64,000 bases of DNA from the human T2T-CHM13v2.0 reference genome, Homo sapiens, in NCBI RefSeq assembly GCF_009914755.1, contig NC_060931.1; one strand, given 5' to 3'. Below are positions 55,043 through 64,000 of this stretch, in pieces. Position numbers and translations under genes: made by a program. A model generated the notes under the pieces. The model saw only the letters and a program-made list of their open reading frames with translations, did no database searches and was not told the origin of the DNA. Position 1 is the stretch's first letter. Each line of letters starts with the position of its first letter.

Positions 55043-58000
55043 CTATAGTCATACAATACATTGTTACTATTATTATTTTGGTAAACAGCTATCTCTATTA
55101 GATCAATTAAGAATGAAAGTAAAAGATATTATGTTGTTTTCATTCATTCTTCTCTGATGTGCTCTTCCTTCCTTTATGTAGATCTGAGTTTCTAGCCTAC
55201 ATAATTTTCCATTTCTCTGAATAACTTCCTTCACAATTTCCTGCGGAGAAGGTTTACTTGTGACAAATTTCCTCAGTTTATGTTAGTCTGAGAAATTCTT
55301 TATTTCTCCTTCACTTTTGAAGGATAATTTCACTGGATATAGAACTCTAGGTTGATGCTTTTGTTCTTTCACCACTGAATATTGCACCCCACTCTTCCCT
55401 TGTTTCATGATTTCTCTTGAGAAAGCCAATGTAATTCTTATCCCTGTTCCTCTACAGCTAAAGTGTTTCTCCTTCCCCTCTGGCCTCTTTGAAGGTTTTC
55501 TCTTTGTTTTTCTGTAGTTTAAATATAATATGCTTAGGGTATTTTTGTTGTTGTTGTTGATGGTGATGTTGTTGATGATGTTGTTGTTATTTTGTCATTG
55601 ATCCTATCCTGCCTGATGTTCTGTGAGCCATTTGGATCTGTGGCTTGGTGTCTGCTAATTTTAGAAAATTTTCAACCATTGGTACTTCAAATGTTTCTTC
55701 TGCTCCTTTCTCTCTTTCTTTTCCTTCCAATATTTCAACTACACATATATTACACCTTTTGTAATTGTCCCACAGTTATTGGATACTCTGTTCTGGTTTT
55801 TCCATTCTTTTTTCTCCTTGTATTTCAGTTTAGGAGGATTCTGTTGGCATATCTTCAGTCTTATTGATTCTTTGGTTGGCCACGTCTAGTCTTATTGTAA
55901 AACCATTAGAAGTGTTCTTCTGTTACAGTGTTTTTTATTCTTTTGATTGTTTCTTAGCATTTCCATCTCTTTGCTTACATTATCCATCTATTCCTGCGTA
56001 TTCTCCACTAGAACCCTTAACATACTAATAATAGTTATTTTAAATTTTCTATCTCATAATTCCAAAATATATCATATGTAAGTCTGGTGCTGATGCTTGC
56101 ATTGTCTCTTTAGATTGTGTTTCTTTCTTACCTTTTAGAGTGCCTGTACTTTTTTTTTGAAATCCAGACATGATGTATCAGCTACATAGGCCTGACTAGG
56201 AGCTGGGCTGTGTTTAATGTTTTCTGTAGTGGTAGGTGCTAAAGCCTTCAGTTTCCTCTTGTCCTCGTCTTTTTTTATTTCCTCCCTTGTTGTCCTTGAA
56301 TTCTTTTCTACTTCTTAAATAGAGTTTGTGTCATGCATTTCTTTCACTTGTAATCCACTGTTATTATTTTGGAGCCCTGTTGATATAGTGACAAAATGTA
56401 GGGGAGAGAAAGTGGTCTATAATCTTGTGATTAAATCTCAGTCTTTTTGTGGATCTGAGTCCTTGGGCTGTGACATTCAGAAGTGTTTCTTCTCCTTTTC
56501 TTCTCCACTTAGGTGAGACTGGAAGGCCAGATGGGGCTGCAAGTTAGGCAACTGCCCTTCCTCAGGGAGATAAGACCCTGGCGAAATTTATTCCCTTGGA
56601 TAAGCAGGTCTTTGTCTTGGAGAATGCTTGAGCTGTGGTCATGTTTTGGGTGTTTTAGAAAATGGTTACCTTTCCCCTTTCGCCTTCTGAAACAGGAGAG
56701 GATTTTTCTCAGACCTTCACTTGTGAACCTCATGGAGTTCCTGGAAATAAAACCCACAAAAGTGTAGAAGCCCATCCTAATATCACCCCCCAGGAGTTTC
56801 TCAAGCTCAAATTAATTCATACTCAGTCTCCAGAAATTTGTCAAAATGACCATTTCAATGTTCCTACAAGTTTATGGTCCCAAGAGATCCTATTCCACAC
56901 AAGCAGATCTTGGCTGTTTTGCCACTTTCCAGACTTTAGGTGTCAGTTTGCTGTATGATTTCAGTTCTCTAATGGTCTAAGAAAAATTGTTATCTTTCAG
57001 TTTATTTAGCCTTTTTCATGTTGTGAGGATTGAGGTGATGACTTCAAAGTTCTTTACATGTTGGGGCTAAAACCAGAACTCCGTGTGATTATTTTTAGTC
57101 CTAGAACCCATCCTGAAACAGGTCTGCTACATTGGCCTTTTTCTGCATATCCTCCCCTGATTCTCTGTCTCCTATTTTCTCAGACCAAACATAGTTTAGA
57201 CCATTATCCTATATTCCGTACCTTAAGTCTGTGTTTCCTCTCATCCTATCCTATACTCCAAGTTTCCTTGTGTATTTGTTATTACTTTGGATATTTTAAA
57301 ATGTATTTAATTTATAGCCTTCACCTTGTCTTACCTTCAAGAATACATTTGTTTACTTCTTTTATTTCTACTCTTGGAATAAAGTTTTTGATGAAAAAAG
57401 TATTGTCATAGTTGGGATATATTGTTTGTATATGCAGTAATACTATAAAGAATGCTCACTAAATATTGTTGAACAGGTCTTATTCAAGATCATGCTTAGC
57501 TATTGATTTTAAATACAGTTATTTTATTCTAAAATTTACCTAACTATTCAGACTTTTCTGATTCATTTCTTTATGGGTTAACTCTCTTACCCACTAAGGT
57601 TTTTTCTTTACAATTTTTTCTTCATTTAGAACAGCCAGAAAGTAATATATTCTATGTGTATGGATAAGGACTAGCTGAAATATGAGTAATAGAAGGGTAA
57701 AAATAGGCTTTAATTCCAAAATAATCTACTTCTACTATTTTCATTCATTAAAAATGGGAAGAGAGAATTAGAGTAATCCAAAATATTTTTAAAGTATTTT
57801 TTAAAATTGCTTTGCATAGAAAATAATAAGTCAATTTCAGTTTAGACATTCATTGTAAAGTCAAAGGAATAGCGAATAAATGGTAGGAGTCCAGGAACCA
57901 TTGATAGTGGCAATTTAGTATTCATAACAACCATCATATAGCTATAAAATATTACTGATAGTTACAGCTACTATATACAATTCAATTGACTTCCTCAGGA

Positions 58001-58574
58001 TTAGCACAGTAATGTCATTATAGTCTGAAATCATGTTATAAAGTTGTAATTATGTTGGCCTAAATAAAATGAGAGTTTGCACCAGAAAAAATTAATCCAT
58101 TTACTTACATGTTGCATTTGACTTATCTCAAATGCCTTTTATCTAAATTGTACATCACATAGTCTTATCAGAATTGCATGAACTTAGGAAAAAATGGGAG
58201 CACCAACTAGGGTGCCATCTACAGGTTATCATAGAAAATGCAAAGATTAGTAGTGTGGGAATATTTGGTTAACAAGAAATAAACCTATAAGCTACTTTCT
58301 TGGATAGAGGACATCCAGGAGCAAGGTCTCAAAAAACAAAGCAAAATACAGAATTGAAGGAGGTAGTTAATTACTATTTTGACTGGATGGAGTAAACTGC
58401 TTATTTCCATTAATGAGCTTCCATTCTAACTTGTATTTGATCTTATGGTTTTCTATGCACCAAATCAAGTGAAAAAACTCATTGTGCAAAAAATTCCTTC
58501 TGTAGGTTTGATTTGCCCAGGGGGCATTTTAACGAAATAAAGGCCCTTAAAACAATGAGTTAAAAGATAGCTGG

Positions 58575-58866
58575 GGGTTAGGGGTGGTAGCTCAACATTT
58601 TGGGAGGTCGAGGCAGGAGGATCGTTTGAGCCCAGGAGTTCAAGACAAGTCTGAGCAACATAGCAAGACCTCATCTCTACACATAATTTTTAAAATACCC
58701 AGGTATGGTGGCATGTGCCTGTTGTCCCAGATACTCAGGAGGCTGAGGGGGGAGGATGGATTGAAACTGGCCAGTCAATGCTGCAGTCATGCCACTGCAT
58801 TCTAGCTTGAGTGAGACCCCCATCTTAAAGACAGACAGAGAGAGAGAGAGAGAGAGATTGAGAGAG
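58575..58866 (+). mobile_element. AluJ with (GA)n tail
   Basis: Diverged Alu followed by a GA microsatellite. Confidence 0.8.
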
Positions 58867-59349
58867 GGACCTGGGGTCAAGTCCAACTACCTCTTACTGT
58901 TGTGTCCTCTTGGATTATCATGATTAGAAGTGTGGGTGTTGGAGGCCGCATCATGGATTTGAATTTTCTCCTTTCTCTCCCAGCTCTTCCCCTCCCCTCA
59001 TGACTTTCCACCCCCTCCAAATTCTTTCCTTTAGCATGTCCTCTAGATTCTTCCCTTTCACTCCTGCTCCTCTCTCACCCTCATCTCTGCCCTCCATTTT
59101 GTCTCCTTTTCTTTCCCCCAGTTCCTGTTCTCTTCTGGTCTTTTTTCTTCTAATGCTAAAAGACATTCACAAAACTTGTTCTTTTCAACCATTCACCAAA
59201 TGTTGATAAAATAGCTAAGTAGGCACAACTTATGTGCCTACTTTTATTATGTCTTTTATTATGATATTTTATTTTCATTATTGTGAGTAGCATCTGTCAT
59301 GTTTTCTGTCTGCCCAACCTATTTTTTAACAACCTTGCTATATTTGAGG

Positions 59350-60247
59350 AATTTGTAGTTTATGAATTTGATGCCTTCTCCCCAGTCTTCTTTGCAGTCA
59401 ATGCACAGGCGTGTGACATAGATTCCAAATGGGACTCATTCACATGGCATTTAGATTTTCAAGACAGCAGCTTGGGGTAGGAGCATCTGCACACTGGCAA
59501 GGCATGGTGACAGAGGTGTAGTCACCACAGGAGTGCACACCAGACCTCCAACTGTGGGGAGTATCATTAGCCATGGGGCCCCAGCTGCTGCCCTCGAAAA
59601 GCCACCTGCACTGAGGCCACACTTCCACATGGCTGCCCAGTGAGTGCCACAGGACACCTAGGCAGGCCCTATCCCTGTCCTTCAAAAACTGACGTCAGCT
59701 GGAAGACTCCCTGATGGACCTTCCCAAATATTCCTTAGACTGTACAGCAGCCCAGCACACTTCTGCCTACCCTAACTCCCTTTTCCTGAACTCAAAGTCA
59801 GACTTTGGTGGAGGTCTGATGGCTCTCCCTGCTATTCTAGCATGCTCCCATTTTCTGTCACACACATGTTTTCCCTAACATAATCCCTGCATGCTTAGCT
59901 CTACCTTAATGTTCGCTTCTAGGAGGACCCAGATCAGCATAAGAGGCATTTAGCTTTGAAGGAAGTCAGTGGCTGCAAGTTGAGTCCCTGGCACCAGTGT
60001 AGCAGTGGTTACAGAGAAGTCAAGGTCTTGATATCAGTGCTTGGTGAGGGCTATGGTAGACATTTCTTTATCAGGGAAGTTCTAACATATGGGTTGGAGC
60101 ATTTTCCCTAGAAGCATAGCCTTAATGCTCACTGTCTAGCTCTGCCTACACTTCCATGAGCTTCTTAATATCCTAATATAAAGCAGAGTTTGTGGTTAAT
60201 CAGCCAAAGTTACTTTTTTTCCCTTATAACTAAGAACTCTTGATATA
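59350..60247 (+). mobile_element. Old ERVL LTR (LTR33-like) hosting a nested LTR
   Basis: Ends taactaagaactcttgatata; resumes after the nested LTR16. Confidence 0.5.
59517..59941 (+). mobile_element. LTR16-like solo LTR with 5-bp TSD AGAGG
   Basis: tgtagtc...gcttctaggaggacccagatcagcata; TSD at 59512-59516 and 59942-59946. Confidence 0.72.
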
Positions 60248-61330
60248 GAAATATATTACAAAAGTGATTACAGGCAACAGAAATGCAGAGAAATGGAGAA
60301 AAATTGGAATAGGCTATTTGAACTAGTTGGGACTGGTGGCTCCTAAAATTCATGTAATACTAAGAGATGGATTCTGGCATCACATGAAACACACACAGTG
60401 AAATGTACTAACTAAATTAGGTCATACAATTAACATCTAGAGTATCCATTAACGGCAAGGCTTTTGGTGACCCAGAGGCTGCTACTACAGGAAAAGTATG
60501 AAGATTGTGAGGAATTTAAGGGATAAGTCAGTTGCTTCTAACTGTATTGAATGCCTTAAAGAAAGAATAAAAGCCTCAACTTTCTAAATTCTCAGTTCAC
60601 AGAAAAGAGAAAATCATGGAATGTCTATGATTGTTATGAAAATCTCTCAACAAAAGTAATTGCAGGATAATATACTAAAGAATCAAATTTAAAATTCATA
60701 TCTGTTGAATTCATAACCATGCCTGTCTCTTATAAGTAAGTTAGTGGAAAGAAAGGGACCCCAAATTGGCATGGGAGCTTATGGAAGGATTTAGGGGCTG
60801 AGATGCCAAACTTATAAGCTCCCCTGAGCCTCCTTCCAGGAGAGGCACCACCTACTTCTCTGCATGAGGAGGCCCCTCCTGCGTGCAAGTGAGATAAAGA
60901 CCCTGTGATTATCTCATCTCAGTTACCATTCAAGGAAAAGGCAATTCTCCTTCTACCATACTTGTACTACCTCACATTGTTTCCAGGCTTCTACCTGGAA
61001 TCAAATTCCATCAAGCATGAGGTATGCAAATATAAAGTCATACACAAACATAAAAGATGCACACACTAAATGAATTGCAAAATTTAGCTAATTTGTGTTG
61101 ATGAACGGAACGGAAAGAAGGGAGGGAGGGAAGGAAGGAGAAAGGAAGGAAGAATGAGTACATATAGTAATAGATCCTAAAAGAGATAGAAAAAGGAGGG
61201 GGGAATATACAACTTTACACCTAATTGACCTAAATTTATCAATATGAATGTACTAACCAGATTATTTGGATTAATGTTTGAGAAGATTATATTGGTATTG
61301 TTTGAATTGTTGGTTGACTAAAACACAGAC
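60248..61330 (+). mobile_element. ERVL internal (gag-like) remnant
   Basis: Follows the LTR end; decayed LLLTVLNALKKE-type gag signature near 60530. Confidence 0.45.
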
Positions 61331-61567
61331 TCAGGGTTGGCTGCTGTGAATGATCACCAGATGCCCCTCTGATAATCCTCTAGGTCAGCAGGTACACAAC
61401 ATAACTCACCTTGAGGCTGTCAGACAATTTCTTTCCTCTGCCAGTCCAAGGCTTACTCAATGGGCTCATGGAAAACATAGCTAGGTCAGTCAGAGTCAGA
61501 TTCTATTGCTTGAAACTGAGAACTCTAATAAAATATGTATCTTACATTTTTAAAATTAAGCACCATG

Positions 61568-61975
61568 TGTATTATTCAGGGTCCTCCAGAAAAGCAGGAC
61601 CATTAGGATGTGTATGCATATATAGAAAGATGTTCATTTTAAAGAATTGGCTCATGTGATTATGGAGTTTGGTAGGTCCAAAATCTGCAGTTTGGGCTGT
61701 GAAGCTAGAGACCCATGAAGTGCCAATGGTGCAATTCATGTCTGAAAAGATGTTTGCTGCAGAATTCCCTCTTGCTCAGGGCAGGTCAGCCTTTTGTTCA
61801 GGCCTTTAGATGAAGCCCACCCACATTATGGAGGCCAATCTGCCTTAATGAAAGTCCACTTATTTAAATGTCAACCTGACCCCAAAACATCCTCACAGCA
61901 ACATCCAGAATAATGTTTAACCACTTATCTGGGCACTATGGCCTAGCCAACTTGACACATAAAGTTAACTATCAT
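61568..61975 (-). mobile_element. MLT2 (ERVL) LTR
   Basis: tgtattattcagggtcctccaga...cttgacacataaagttaactatcata. Confidence 0.8.
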
Positions 61976-63200
61976 AGCAGATAAATAAAGATCTTTATCA
62001 AAAGAATTTTGATTATTAATCAGAATAATAATTATTAACTTTTAATCTGCATTAAATATTAATAATTATTTCTCTAGATTACTGCATTTAGTCTTTTTGT
62101 AAGTAAGTAATTGAAAAACTAAATGACTAGGACTATATAACTTGAGTCCAATTTAAAATGATGAACTTAAATCTACAGAATTCCCTACCACACATTTAAA
62201 ACAATTGCTTGTTCTAGTGATTAACAGTTAGAATAGGAGGGCACCAACCTAGTATGTTTACTCTCACTTCTTTTCTCTAAGTCGATATGCTTTATTCAGA
62301 GATTCCAAGTAGGTAAACTTGGTATTCGTGGCACATACATGAATAGAAGCCTGTGAAAGATCATGAGTAAACATTAAGATCCAAAGTTCTGATCCATGGG
62401 GTCATCAGGCTATTTATCTTGCTTGTTTATATTTGTCTTGCCAGTGAAAATCATAAGATATGGCACCTTAGTGTGTATTACTAGACAATAACTGCAAAAT
62501 CAAATAATAGATCATACACTTCAGTAAAAGGCAAACATATAAAAATGATTGAGATTTAGAGAACCTTTTTTCCCCCTTAGAAAAATAGAGATTTAAGAAT
62601 GAAAGCATATTCTTTTAATTTAATTCAAGTCAAGGTTACTTTTCCATGATGTTAGGGTAATAGAGGCCTTATAGATAATATTCTCATAAAATTTATCTTC
62701 CAAATATGTACACTTGAGATATAAAAAGAATCAATGAATTAAATTATTCTGTTGAAAGCAACTTTTAAGAATAAAAATCTACAGAAAAAAAGAATTAATA
62801 ATATAATTGTCTGACCTCCCTTGAATGGAGAATTTCAAGGGCTCTGAAAGCCATTTAAAGTCACTAAAGATTTTGTAAGTGTACTTTTTAAACCAGGCTT
62901 GGTTAAACCTCAAAGTGATGATTACTTAGTGATTCCCAATAGGTTCTTGGCCACTAACAGAAGCAATATACTAAATACACTCATTTCTTACCAGCCTTTC
63001 TGTGTTAGAACCCACAATCACGCCTCAATTCTGCCCCTTTGAACAAGCCTCGCTATTCTAAAAGCTGTATTTGACAGTGTAATGCTTTAGAACAGTCACT
63101 TAATTATTATTTCAAATCATCTTCAACAGTTTACTGATATAGCTGGGGATGGCATGGTAAGACATTTTCTCTTGTCTCCTTTCAGTTCATAAAATGCCTA

Positions 63201-63233
63201 TGCAATTTCTGGCCATTGCAGTAGATGGCAGTG
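63201..63233 (+). promoter_or_regulatory. Predicted CTCF site (core plus upstream motif)
   Basis: Core ATTGCAGTAGATGGCAGTG (63215-63233), preceded 5 bp upstream by TGCAATTTC. Confidence 0.6.
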
Positions 63234-63706
63234 TCTTAAAACTTCCTCTGTTTGCAAATCAGGCTGGTTGGATGATTGTCTGTAATCAGGCTATTTATAT
63301 TATATATAGATGAGTCTATACAAAACAGTCATGCTTTGATTCTTGCATTTATTACTTCCTGGGCAAATGCTAAAAGGCAATGAAACTTGAAATAGCAAAC
63401 TATCTGTGTACTTGAGAGTTGTCAGATGTTACTTGGGGAGTACATAACATTCTCTAAGTTATAGTAGCAGGAAAAGTCAAGGTTAAATTGTATTAATAAT
63501 GGTTATCAGCAGAGACTAATAGGGCCCAGAAAATATTAAATGTGCTTTAAAAGGAACGCAATACTGAAATACAAGTTTATATCTTATATATTGGACATTT
63601 AGTAAACCCACGCGAGGTGAAATTATTCTCCGCATTGAAAAACTTTTCTGACATTTAGATTTGCATTGGAAATCTAGAACATGCTTTTGGCTATTGTGAT
63701 CAGTAA

Positions 63707-64000
<294 letters not shown>

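Noticed and set aside
57591-58545. Resemblance of the cassette peptides to RDM1
   Set aside because: Only scattered residue matches by eye and incompatible spacing; not supportable without a search.

Overview
Primate (most likely human) euchromatic DNA made up mostly of interspersed repeats. I found no intact protein-coding gene, RNA gene, CRISPR array or prokaryotic system. The window opens with a near full-length but disabled L1PA3-like LINE-1 (1-6147) that still carries the 129-bp ZNF93-target segment. Two further L1s (L1PA4-like at 25.5-27.0 kb, L1PA8-like at 34.7-39.5 kb) both have twin-priming 5' inversions. There are about 18 Alu-family copies (two with all AluYa5 diagnostics, one FAM fossil), old L1M/L2/MIR fragments, ERV1/ERVL/MaLR LTRs, ERVL internal remnants and Tigger/MER/MADE1 DNA transposons. 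In the non-repeat sequence I see a CpG-rich promoter-like patch (21.4-21.9 kb), a strong CTCF-type site (63.2 kb) and two clusters of minus-strand exon-like cassettes with near-open frames (16-22 kb and 46-64 kb). These clusters may be decayed, unprocessed gene(s) or lncRNA exons. They are the most interesting lead but are inference only. Repeat subfamily names come from recalled consensus sequences, and boundaries of old repeats are approximate.
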